Below are positions 30,856-39,984 of a DNA stretch of 64,000 nt, piece by piece; the first letter of the stretch is position 1; each line of letters starts with the position of its first letter. This stretch comes from an uncultured PS1 clade bacterium (lineage in GTDB: Bacteria > Pseudomonadota > Alphaproteobacteria > MED-G09): positions 660-64,659 of the forward strand of contig CACANC010000004.1 in the NCBI GenBank assembly GCA_902533755.1, given 5' to 3'. Below the pieces are notes generated by a model. That model searched no databases. It had not been told where the DNA came from and saw nothing but the letters and a program-made list of their open reading frames with translations. The position numbers and the translations under genes were made by a program.

Positions 30856-32832
30856 TTACTTATTCCACCACCCTGTTTTTTTATCTTTAGTTTTTTTAGA
30901 GTCTGCTACTGGTGCTCCAATATAATTTTCATTTCTAACTTCATCAGTTTGTTTAGATTTTTTATTTTGATCGCTAGTTTTTTTAGTTTGTTTTTTATCT
31001 TTGATATTTTCATTTGAAATACTTTTATTACTTATTTTTTTATTATTTTTGTTAATATTTTTTTTGCCTTCAGTTTTTTTATTAGGGTTTTTTGTATTTT
31101 TATTAGAAGAGGTTTTGCTATTTGAACTGTTTTTAGATTTTGAGTTTGAATTTTTTTGTTTCTTATTCTGTGGTTTTCTATCTTTTTCGTTTTTGCTTTT
31201 ACCTAGAATATTGGATTTTGAATCAAAGGAAAGGATCTTACACTCTTTTCCTCTAAACTGATTATTTCCTATTAATTTAAAATTAATTTCTGTTTCATTT
31301 TCAAGTTTTGATAATTCATCTCGTTTGTTATTAACAATAAAATTAAGGATTTCAATCGAAACCTCAGTTTGAACTGTAGATGCTCTTTTATCATTTGCTG
31401 CCTCACTGATTTCCCTTAATATTTCTAAGGCAATTGATTCAGTTGTTCTTAAGGATCCCTTACCATCACAATGAGGGCAGATTTCATAAGAATTTTCTTG
31501 AATGCTTGATCTTATTCTTTGTCGAGACATTTCTAGTAAACCAAAGGAGCTAATTCTTCCAACCTGGATTCGTGATCGGTCTGATCTTAAGGATTCCTTT
31601 AATTTCTTTTCTATTGCTCTACGATTTGCAAACTTTTCCATATCAATAAAATCAATAACAATAAGACCTGCCATATCTCTTAATTTAAGTTGTCTAGCTA
31701 TTTCTACAGAGGCCTCTAGATTTGTTCTAAGGGCTGTGTCTTCTATATTGTAATCTTTTTTTGATGTTCCAGAGTTAACATCGATAGCTACTAAAGCTTC
31801 GGTTTGATCAATAACAAGTGAACCGCCGGATTTTAAAGGAACATTTTCAGCATAAATTGAACTTAGTTGATCTTGAATATTATCTTTTTGAAAGATGGGT
31901 TTAGATTCTCTCCATTTTTGCACTTTTTTAGCATGACTAGGTAGCATCATTTTCATTAATTCTTTAGTAACTTTGTATTTTTCGTCTCCCTCTACATAGA
32001 TTTTATCTACATCTTTATTGTACATATCTCTTAATGTTCTATGTATTACGCTTCCGTTTTCGTAAATTAAAGAAGGCGCATTTGCTGAAAGGGTATCCTC
32101 TCGTATTTTGTTCCAACTTTTAACTAAGAAGTTATAATCTTTCTTAATTTCACCTGCAGTTGTGTTGCTTCCTGCAGTTCTTATGATCAAGCCCATATCA
32201 TCTGAAACTTCTAACTTATCTAAGATAGTTTTTAATTTTTTGCGTTCTTTGGGATTATTTATTCTCCTGCTAATTCCTCCTCCTTTAAGTGTATTTGGCA
32301 TAAGGACACAATACCTTCCAGGAATTGATATATAAGTTGTTGCAGCCGCCCCTTTATTGCCTCGTTCTTCTTTAGAAATTTGCAAAAGAATAACTTGGTT
32401 TTTTTTAATAACTTCTTGGATTTTATATTTTACTGCCTTCCTTTTTTTTCTATCTGATTCTATTTCTTCGAGTTCATCACCCCCAAGATCATCAGGCTCA
32501 TCTGACTCCCCCACTTTTGTGGAAATTTGATTTTCATCTTCAAGATTTTCTCCATTTGATTTTTTTATTTCTTCCTTATCAGCTTGAGGAATTTGATAAT
32601 AATCTGGATTTATTTCTGAAAATGGAAGGAAGGCATTTTTATTTCCTCCATAATCAAGAAATGCTGCTTGAAGCGATGGCTCGACCCTTATTACCTTGGC
32701 AAGGTAAATATTCCCTCTAATAGGTTTTTTAGCGTCGAATTCATAATCATAGTCTTCTAATCTCTTGTCTTTTATTATTGCAATCCTCGTCTCTTCTTGA
32801 TGGACTGCATCTATTAAAATTTCGTTTGTCAT
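30856..32832 (-). CDS. rne: Ribonuclease E/G family endoribonuclease (RNase E-like)
   Basis: S1 domain (GNIYLAKVIRVEPSLQAAFLDYG) interrupted by an acidic insert. Catalytic core (VIDQTEALVAIDVNS), Zn-link CPHCDGKG, and a ~115 aa K/N/S-rich tail. Confidence 0.9.
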   Translation of the reverse strand: MTNEILIDAVHQEETRIAIIKDKRLEDYDYEFDAKKPIRGNIYLAKVIRVEPSLQAAFLDYGGNKNAFLPFSEINPDYYQIPQADKEEIKKSNGENLEDENQISTKVGESDEPDDLGGDELEEIESDRKKRKAVKYKIQEVIKKNQVILLQISKEERGNKGAAATTYISIPGRYCVLMPNTLKGGGISRRINNPKERKKLKTILDKLEVSDDMGLIIRTAGSNTTAGEIKKDYNFLVKSWNKIREDTLSANAPSLIYENGSVIHRTLRDMYNKDVDKIYVEGDEKYKVTKELMKMMLPSHAKKVQKWRESKPIFQKDNIQDQLSSIYAENVPLKSGGSLVIDQTEALVAIDVNSGTSKKDYNIEDTALRTNLEASVEIARQLKLRDMAGLIVIDFIDMEKFANRRAIEKKLKESLRSDRSRIQVGRISSFGLLEMSRQRIRSSIQENSYEICPHCDGKGSLRTTESIALEILREISEAANDKRASTVQTEVSIEILNFIVNNKRDELSKLENETEINFKLIGNNQFRGKECKILSFDSKSNILGKSKNEKDRKPQNKKQKNSNSKSKNSSNSKTSSNKNTKNPNKKTEGKKNINKNNKKISNKSISNENIKDKKQTKKTSDQNKKSKQTDEVRNENYIGAPVADSKKTKDKKTGWWNK

Positions 32833-33063
32833 TTAGATAATCTCCGAATGCCAATAAATATTTTTTTATTGAAAAACTTACTTCCTTCATATCAGTATAT
32901 GTTATTGAAATATTCATGGCTTTTATTGTTATGGAGGATATTTAAAATCCTCTATATAAATCCTTTTTTATAATTAAATTAAAAAATTATTTAATCATAG
33001 ATACGACTCCTTTATATTAGTTAATCTTAGTTTGACAAGCTTCTAATAGATTATTCTTGAAAA

Positions 33064-34203
33064 ATGATGATTTTTAGTAAAAAAAAGATAATAATTTTCA
33101 TAATATGTGCTCTATTTGCAACAGAAAATGTATTTTCTAGTGAAAGAGCTTTGATTTCAAAAATTAGATTTTCTGGAAATAATGAAGCATTAAGAGTTAT
33201 CATTGATAGTAATAATTTAATAAAGCACGAAATTTCAGCATTCACTAATCCCTCAAGAATAGTTGTTGATTTATACAATGTTAAGTTCAGTAAAGATTTT
33301 TCATTTCCACAAGCAACTGGTGTAATTAAAGGAATAAGATATGCTGATTTTAATTCTAATACATCTAGGATAGTATTTGATTTAAATGGATCTCCCAATG
33401 TTAAGAATGTTAAAGTTTTAAAACCTAGCGCTGGTTCAATTAGAAGATTAAGTTTTGACATTATTTCTAATAAGAAAACTTCAACTATTAAGAATAAAAG
33501 GGTTAACAAGAATTATAAATTAAGGAAAACAATTATCATCGATCCTGGGCATGGTGGTAAAGATCCGGGAACTTCCTACCCAAAGGTAGTTTCTGAAAAA
33601 GACATTGTTCTACGTTTTGCAAGGATATTAAAAAAACATTTATCTAGAAATAATAATTATCGTATTTTTCTTACTAGAGAAGATGATAGTTTTGTATCAT
33701 TAAGTGATAGGGTAAGTTTTGCTAAAAGCAAGAATGCTGATTTATTTATATCAATTCATGCTGATGCTTCTAGTTCCTCTAATACAAAAGGTTTATCTGT
33801 ATACACTCTCTCAGATAAAGGTTTAGACAAGGAAGCAGAAAAACTTGCAGCTATTGAGAATTCCTATGCTATGGTTGGCACAAGTTACAGCGGTAATTAT
33901 TTAAGAAATGCTAGAAACCCAAGTGATTTTGTTAAATATCAAAGAAAGTTAATAGATAATCGTTTTAAATCAACTAAGTTTGCAAGCACTCTAACTAGTA
34001 GAGTTAAATCTAAGACACCTCTATTAAATAATCCTCTTCGCTCAGCAGGTTTTGCTGTGTTAAAATCTGATGAGTTTCCAAGTGTTCTGGTAGAATTAGG
34101 TTTTGTAACAAATGAATATGATAGAAAAAATTTAAGAAGCGGGAACTGGCTTCAATCTATATCAAGCCAATTTGTTAATGCTATTAATGAATATTTTAAA
34201 TAA
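33064..34203 (+). CDS. amiC: N-acetylmuramoyl-L-alanine amidase (AMIN + Amidase_3)
   Basis: Signal peptide, AMIN-like domain (RVIIDSN...PSRIVVDL) and amidase_3 motifs IIIDPGHGGKDPG, ISIHADA, VLVELGF. Confidence 0.85.
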   Translation: MMIFSKKKIIIFIICALFATENVFSSERALISKIRFSGNNEALRVIIDSNNLIKHEISAFTNPSRIVVDLYNVKFSKDFSFPQATGVIKGIRYADFNSNTSRIVFDLNGSPNVKNVKVLKPSAGSIRRLSFDIISNKKTSTIKNKRVNKNYKLRKTIIIDPGHGGKDPGTSYPKVVSEKDIVLRFARILKKHLSRNNNYRIFLTREDDSFVSLSDRVSFAKSKNADLFISIHADASSSSNTKGLSVYTLSDKGLDKEAEKLAAIENSYAMVGTSYSGNYLRNARNPSDFVKYQRKLIDNRFKSTKFASTLTSRVKSKTPLLNNPLRSAGFAVLKSDEFPSVLVELGFVTNEYDRKNLRSGNWLQSISSQFVNAINEYFK

Positions 34204-34212
34204 GATAAAAAA

Positions 34213-35317
34213 ATGCGAAATGATTTTTTAAAATATATTGATGGCATAGAGAATAATCTAAATCTATTAAGGGGGTATCTTTGACTGGGATACTTCTAAA
34301 AAGAGGTTAGAAAAACTTAATAAATCAATTGAAAGTGGTGATATTTGGGATGACCAAAAAGAAGCCCAATCAATAATGCAAGAAAGATCAAACTTAGAGA
34401 ATTCTCTTAATATTTATTCAGAGATAAAAAATGAACTGGTTGAAATTTCAGAATTGATTGATTTATATAGTAATGAGAGTCAATCATCTGAAAAGCTTGA
34501 AGAAGAAATTTTAGTATCCTTAACTGAGTTATCTGAGCGTGCTGAGCTTGCTTTAATAGAATCAATGCTTTCTGGTGAAGCTGACTCTAATTCAGCTTAT
34601 CTAGAATTTCATCCTGGCGCAGGAGGAACAGAGAGTCAGGATTGGGCGCAAATGCTATTACGAATGTATTCAAGGTGGGGAGAAAGCAGAGGATATAAAA
34701 TTGAAGTTATTGAATACAGTGCAGGTGATGAAGCAGGTATTAAAAGTGCAACACTTAAAGTGATTGGCAAAAACCCTTATGGATGGCTAAAAACCGAGTC
34801 AGGGATTCATAGATTAGTTCGTATTTCTCCATTTGATTCACAAAAAAGAAGGCATACAAGTTTTGCAAGTGTATGGGTTTATCCTGAAATTGATGATAAT
34901 ATCAAAGTTGATTTACAGGAATCGGATTGTAGAATAGATACCTACAGATCGTCTGGCGCAGGAGGTCAACATGTTAATACGACCGATAGTGCTGTTAGAA
35001 TAACACATACTCCAACAAATATAGTAGTTCAATGTCAATCTCAAAGATCTCAACATAAAAATAAAAGCACAGCGTTATCTATGCTTAGAGCAAGACTTTA
35101 TGAATTAGAGCTTCAAAAGAAGGAAGAGAAAGCTCAAGAAATTCTTGATACTAAATCTGAAATAGGTTGGGGGCATCAAATTCGATCTTATGTGTTGCAA
35201 CCATATCAGATGGTTAAAGATTTAAGAACAAATGTTGAAGATGGAAATACTCAGGCAGTTTTAGATGGAAGAATTGATAAATTCTTAACAAGCGCGCTTT
35301 CAAGAAAAATTAGTTAG
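34213..35317 (+). CDS. prfB: Peptide chain release factor 2, requires programmed +1 frameshift (34213..34281 joined to 34283..35317)
   Basis: Frame 0 reads MRNDFLKYIDGIENNLNLLRGYL then TGA at 34282. The +1 frame continues DWDTSKKRLEKLNK... in frame with the listed ORF 34376..35317. SPF tripeptide (RISPFDS) and GGQ (SGAGGQHVNTTDSAVR) are present. Confidence 0.95.
34270..34285 (+). promoter_or_regulatory. prfB autoregulatory +1 frameshift site
   Basis: AGGGGG TAT CTT TGA C is identical to the classical E. coli prfB site: an internal SD-like element, a CUU slippery codon and an in-frame UGA followed by C. Confidence 0.9.
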
Positions 35318-35784
35318 GAAGATTTAATTTTATTAATTACATCTTCAACATGACCTTTTACTTTTACTTTTTCCCATATGTATTCAATTTTAGATTCCTC
35401 ATTTATTAGAAAAGTTGAACGCTGGATACCCATGTATTTTCTTCCATACATATTTTTTTCAACCCAAACACCAAATTTTTCAAGAACTTTGCCATTTTCA
35501 TCTGATGCTAGAAGTATCTTTAATCCTTGTTTATTAATAAATTTATTGTGAGTTTCTAAACTATCTTTAGAAATCCCAATTACCTGAGTATTTAATTTTT
35601 TGAATTCTTTAATTTTATTAGTAAAATCTTTTGCTTCAGTTGTACATCCAGGAGTATTGTCTTTGGGATAAAAATATAAAATATATTTTTTATCCTTTAT
35701 ATCTTTACTATCGAGTAAATTCCCATCTGATAAAGGTATTTTGAATTTAGGGATCTTATCTCCAATTTTACATTTTTTTTTCAT
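35314..35784 (-). CDS. bcp: Thioredoxin-dependent thiol peroxidase (Bcp/PrxQ peroxiredoxin)
   Basis: 156 aa. FYPKDNTPGCTTEA peroxidatic Cys motif. Confidence 0.9.
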   Translation of the reverse strand: MKKKCKIGDKIPKFKIPLSDGNLLDSKDIKDKKYILYFYPKDNTPGCTTEAKDFTNKIKEFKKLNTQVIGISKDSLETHNKFINKQGLKILLASDENGKVLEKFGVWVEKNMYGRKYMGIQRSTFLINEESKIEYIWEKVKVKGHVEDVINKIKSS

Positions 35785-35809
35785 TTTTTTTCCTTATAAC
35801 TGATTATTA

Positions 35810-37417
35810 ATGAATAAAGTAATAAAATATCTTTTATCAATAATTTCTAAAATATTTAGTTTCTCTATCTTTAGTTTTATTTTTTTACTACTTTTTCTTC
35901 AATTTGGAACTTTAAATTTACAATTTTTAGATCCTATTATTAAATCAAATTTTGCTGATAAATATTTAACAGAAATAGATTTTGTTAATAATGATATTAA
36001 TCTTAAATTTGATAAAAATAATAATGATTTTGTTTTTGCTGTTAATAGCAGATTAAAAAATAAACCTAATGTTGCTGAATGGTCTTTGCTCCTAGATACT
36101 GAAATAAGAATAAAAGTATTGTTAAGTAATCTTGAAAAAAATGTAGTGGCTTTTAAATTATCATCTAATGAACAAAAAAAAGATAATCGAATTAGTCATT
36201 TTAATTTTTATGGCAGTTTAAATAGTTTAAGAAATTCTGATATATTAGAAATAAGCGGTTTTGCTAAAGATTTGCCTTTAAGTTTTATCAAAGCTCTATG
36301 GCCTGATAACCTTGGTAAAGGTGCAAGGGCATGGACAAATAGATCTTTATTTAAAGGAATAATATCTGATTTAGGGTTTAATTCTAAATTTGTTTTCAAA
36401 AAAGATGGAAAATTATTATTTGATCCAGTTATAAATTTAGATTTTGATTTTAATGATATTGAAGCTTATTACTTAAATAATATGCCTCCCATAACTGATA
36501 CTCTTGGGAAAGGTCATTTAGATTTCCAAATGTTCACTATAGATTTATTTGATGGCCGTATTGATTTAGAAGAGGGGTCAAGAATTTATATTAATAATGG
36601 TAAGTTTAATGCATTTGATATTAAAAAAAGACAGGGTCCTGGACAAATTATAATTGATGCCTCTTCAAATGTAGGGAATTTTTTTGATTTGCTTAGTAAG
36701 CATAACTATATTTCAAAATTAATAAAATTAGATAGGAATAATTTATCTGGCGAAAGCAGTCTGATTATTCAATTTGATTTTCCTCTAAAGAACTCTGTTA
36801 AGTTTTCAGAAACTAAAACAAATATAAACTTAAATGTTGAAGAGATAACAATTTATAATAAAGAAAAAAATCCAAGCATAATAAGTGATTCATCAATTCT
36901 AATTCTTGATTACAATATTGATGAAGCTAGTTTTTTTAAAGGCACAATAGAAACAAAAAGCCTTAAAATTCTTGAATTACCGATTTTTGCCCAAATTCTT
37001 GATGTTTCAATACCTGGTTTAAGCAATATTAGTGATGGTGGAAGAGACATTACCTTTGCTAGTTCTAATTTTAATGTTCAGCTTTCAAATAGAGGTATAA
37101 GTATTATTGATGGAATTTTAAAACCTGAAAGCAATCTTCCTGTAGTAGGGAATAGTTTAGGATTATCATTATCTGGCGGATATATTTTCGACAAAAGTAA
37201 AATTGACTTTAATGGGACAGTTGTTCCGGTATCATGGCTTAATAATTTACCTTCTAATGTACCACTTTTAGGGGAACTATTCTCAGGAAGCAAAGATGGA
37301 GAGGGATTAATTGGGATAAAATTTAGAATTTATAATGAAGATGAGGGTGAAGTTAAAATTGAAACCAACCCTTTATCAGTTTTAACTCCTGGATTTTTAC
37401 AAAGAATATTTGATTAA
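35810..37417 (+). CDS. AsmA/YhdP-like membrane-anchored protein (short form)
   Basis: 535 aa. N-terminal TM helix, beta-rich body, and a C-terminal motif GTVVPVSWLNNLPSNVPLLGELFSG...IETNPLSVLTPGFLQRIF that resembles the conserved AsmA-like/YhdP C-terminal region. This is recognition from memory, not a search. Confidence 0.5.
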   Translation: MNKVIKYLLSIISKIFSFSIFSFIFLLLFLQFGTLNLQFLDPIIKSNFADKYLTEIDFVNNDINLKFDKNNNDFVFAVNSRLKNKPNVAEWSLLLDTEIRIKVLLSNLEKNVVAFKLSSNEQKKDNRISHFNFYGSLNSLRNSDILEISGFAKDLPLSFIKALWPDNLGKGARAWTNRSLFKGIISDLGFNSKFVFKKDGKLLFDPVINLDFDFNDIEAYYLNNMPPITDTLGKGHLDFQMFTIDLFDGRIDLEEGSRIYINNGKFNAFDIKKRQGPGQIIIDASSNVGNFFDLLSKHNYISKLIKLDRNNLSGESSLIIQFDFPLKNSVKFSETKTNINLNVEEITIYNKEKNPSIISDSSILILDYNIDEASFFKGTIETKSLKILELPIFAQILDVSIPGLSNISDGGRDITFASSNFNVQLSNRGISIIDGILKPESNLPVVGNSLGLSLSGGYIFDKSKIDFNGTVVPVSWLNNLPSNVPLLGELFSGSKDGEGLIGIKFRIYNEDEGEVKIETNPLSVLTPGFLQRIFD

Positions 37418-38634
37418 TCTATTTCAATGATTATTTTTTTCTTTTTTCCAAGAGAAATTTCTATTTCTTTTGAGTTTTTAAAATTGTTTAGTGTTAAAGT
37501 ATATTTCTCATCACTGATTAATTCATCATTTAATTTGACGGCTTTTGATTGAATAAATCTTCTAGCTTCACTATTTGATTTTGCTAGCCCTAAATCATTA
37601 TGAGAAAGAAGACTTAATAAACCATATCCCTTCTCAAATTCTTTCTTTTTAAAGACGATTCTTTTTTTGCTTTTCCAATCAGAGTCTTTCCCGTGAACAA
37701 GTTCCGTTATCGTAGTCGCTAATAATTCTTTCCCTTTTTCGATATCTTCATTTTTTAATTTTTCTATCTCATAGATTTCACTCAAAGGCATATCAGTAAA
37801 TAACCTAAGGAATTTTCCAACATCATCATTTTCTGTTTTATCTCTCCAATAATTCCAAAAATCTCTTGGATGCGTTGAATGATTATCTTTTTCAGAGATA
37901 AAATTAAGCCAAATTGCCCCTTCCTCTGTTTTGCCCATTTTTTGACCTGAAGAGGTGGTTAATAATGGAGTCGTTAATCCAAATAGTTCTTTACCAGCTA
38001 ATCTTCTTGATAGATCTATACCACAAATTATGTTCCCCCATTGGTCAGATCCACCCATTTGGAGAATGCAATTATAGTCTGTGTTAAGTTTATAAAAATC
38101 ATAACCCTGGAGAATCATGTAATTAAACTCTAAAAAGGATAGATTTTGTTCCCTTTCAAGACGCTGTTTTACAGAGTCAAAAGAAAGCATCCTATTTACT
38201 GAAAAATGGCTTCCAATTTCTCTAAGAAAATCTATGTAGTTTAATTCTTCAAGCCATTTACTATTATCAATAATTTTAATTTTATTAATATTCAAAAACT
38301 TTTCAAAAACCTTTTTTATGCCTTTAACATTATTATTAATATCTTCGTAAGATAACATTTTGCGGGATTTATCTTTTAACGAGGGATCTCCTATTTTGCT
38401 TGTTGCTCCACCAATAAGTACGATAGGTGTATGGCCAAAATCTTGTAATTTTTTTAGTAAAAGTATTTGCATTAAAGAGCCAATATGAAGATTTGGAGCA
38501 GTACAATCAAAACCTATATAGGCTGAAATTTTTTCTTCAGAGAATAGTTTATCCAATTTATCTGAGTCACTTATCTGGTAAATGAAACCTCTTTCATTTA
38601 TATGGTTTAGAAAATCAGATTTATAATTATTCAT
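37414..38634 (-). CDS. tyrS: Tyrosyl-tRNA synthetase
   Basis: Class I motifs PNLHIGS (HIGH-like) and KMGKT (KMSKS-like), plus a C-terminal S4-like domain. Confidence 0.94.
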   Translation of the reverse strand: MNNYKSDFLNHINERGFIYQISDSDKLDKLFSEEKISAYIGFDCTAPNLHIGSLMQILLLKKLQDFGHTPIVLIGGATSKIGDPSLKDKSRKMLSYEDINNNVKGIKKVFEKFLNINKIKIIDNSKWLEELNYIDFLREIGSHFSVNRMLSFDSVKQRLEREQNLSFLEFNYMILQGYDFYKLNTDYNCILQMGGSDQWGNIICGIDLSRRLAGKELFGLTTPLLTTSSGQKMGKTEEGAIWLNFISEKDNHSTHPRDFWNYWRDKTENDDVGKFLRLFTDMPLSEIYEIEKLKNEDIEKGKELLATTITELVHGKDSDWKSKKRIVFKKKEFEKGYGLLSLLSHNDLGLAKSNSEARRFIQSKAVKLNDELISDEKYTLTLNNFKNSKEIEISLGKKKKIIIEID

Positions 38635-38658
38635 TTACTCTTCTTATATTTTTACAAT

Positions 38659-39309
38659 TTAAAAATCTGGGCCAATCAATCGCGATTCAAGATATTTACT
38701 TACTTCATTTATAAGTTTTTCTGTTTTATTTTCAAAAAAGTGATTTGCACCCGTAATATTCTTATAATCTATATTTATATTTCTTTGAGTTTGAAGTTTT
38801 TCAACTAGCCTTAGAATATCATCTTTAGGAACTACTTTATCTTCTTCACCATGTAAAATAATACCCGATGATGGACATGGAGCAAGGAAATTAAAATCGT
38901 ACATATTTGCTGGAGGAGATATAGATATAAAGCCTTCTATTTCTGGTCTTCTCATTAATAACTGCATTGCTATCCAGGCTCCAAAAGAATAACCCGCAAC
39001 CCAACAACCTTTTGAGTCTGAAACTTGAGATTGTATCCAGTCAAGTGAAGCAGCGGCATCTGACAATTCTCCAATACCTTGATCGAATTCCCCTTGACTC
39101 TTTCCAACCCCTCTAAAATTAAACCTCAAAACTGAAAAACCTTTTTTTATGAAGGTATGATATAAATTAAAGATAATCGGATTATTCATGTTTCCACCAA
39201 ATTGAGGAAGTGGATGTAATATAATAGCAACAGGAGACCTTTTGTTTTCTACAACATTCATTCTACCTTCCAATCTTCCATCAGGTCCGCTGTATATAAT
39301 TTCTGGCAT
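38659..39309 (-). CDS. Alpha/beta hydrolase
   Basis: 216 aa. Nucleophile elbow GYSFGAW, HGEEDKVVP and GANHFF suggest a Ser-Asp-His triad. Substrate unknown. Confidence 0.7.
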   Translation of the reverse strand: MPEIIYSGPDGRLEGRMNVVENKRSPVAIILHPLPQFGGNMNNPIIFNLYHTFIKKGFSVLRFNFRGVGKSQGEFDQGIGELSDAAASLDWIQSQVSDSKGCWVAGYSFGAWIAMQLLMRRPEIEGFISISPPANMYDFNFLAPCPSSGIILHGEEDKVVPKDDILRLVEKLQTQRNINIDYKNITGANHFFENKTEKLINEVSKYLESRLIGPDF

Positions 39310-39365
39310 ATTTTTAACCTTATTTTGAATGTATTAGTGCTAAAGAAATTTATAAAATGAAGTAT

Positions 39366-39388
39366 TTCTTGACAAAACTAGTCAAGAA
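39366..39388 (+). promoter_or_regulatory. Perfect 8-bp inverted repeat TTCTTGAC-N7-GTCAAGAA overlapping a TTGACA -35 box. Candidate operator for the Rrf2 regulator and promoter of the suf operon.
   Basis: Read directly. TTGACA is at 39369..39374, and a possible -10 TATAAA is at 39390..39395 (15-nt spacer, shorter than optimal). Located ~80 nt upstream of the Rrf2 gene start. Confidence 0.45.
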
Positions 39389-39465
39389 TTATAAATCCAC
39401 ACTAAATTCTATATGTTTCTAACACAACTGTAGAAAATTTGTAACAATTTAAATATGAGAGATTA

Positions 39466-39933
39466 ATGAAATTAACAACTAAGGGTAGATATGCTGTACT
39501 TGCTTTAACTGAAATAGCGCTTTCAGAGGATAAGAATTTAATTAAAATCTCTGAAATTGCAAAATCACAGAATATTTCCTCAACATATCTTGAGCAAATT
39601 TTATCAAATTTAAAAAGAAATGGCTTTGTTAAGGCTGTTAGAGGCCCTAATGGAGGTTATAAACTCGCTCTGAAAGCTGAAGAAATTATTATGAGCGATG
39701 TTATAGAGTTAATAGAAGGAAAAATTGAAACTAAAGGCTGTTCTCAGAAACATATATCATGCACAGGTATTTCTGGAAAATGTTTAAACCATGATTTGTG
39801 GGACGAATTAGGTAAGCAAATAAATCTTTTTCTAAGTCACATTTCATTAAAAGATATACTTGAGGGCAATATTTTAGGAAGGTCTAGGGCGCCAATTTTA
39901 GCTCAAGATTGCGACAATATGACTATAAATTGA
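39466..39933 (+). CDS. Rrf2-family (IscR-like) Fe-S cluster-sensing transcriptional regulator
   Basis: MKLTTKGRYAVLALTEIA winged-helix N-terminus. Three Cys in CSQKHISCTGISGKC (C-X6-C-X6-C). First gene of the suf cluster. Confidence 0.88.
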   Translation: MKLTTKGRYAVLALTEIALSEDKNLIKISEIAKSQNISSTYLEQILSNLKRNGFVKAVRGPNGGYKLALKAEEIIMSDVIELIEGKIETKGCSQKHISCTGISGKCLNHDLWDELGKQINLFLSHISLKDILEGNILGRSRAPILAQDCDNMTIN

Positions 39934-39984
39934 TCATTGGTTATTTAAATAGAGTAGCCATATAAAATCACAAAGAGATTAAAA

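Noticed and set aside
33051-33509. 152-aa ORF on the minus strand
   Set aside because: Entirely antisense to the well-supported amiC gene, with hydrophobic, low-complexity composition typical of antisense frames in AT-rich DNA. It has no SD and no recognisable motif.
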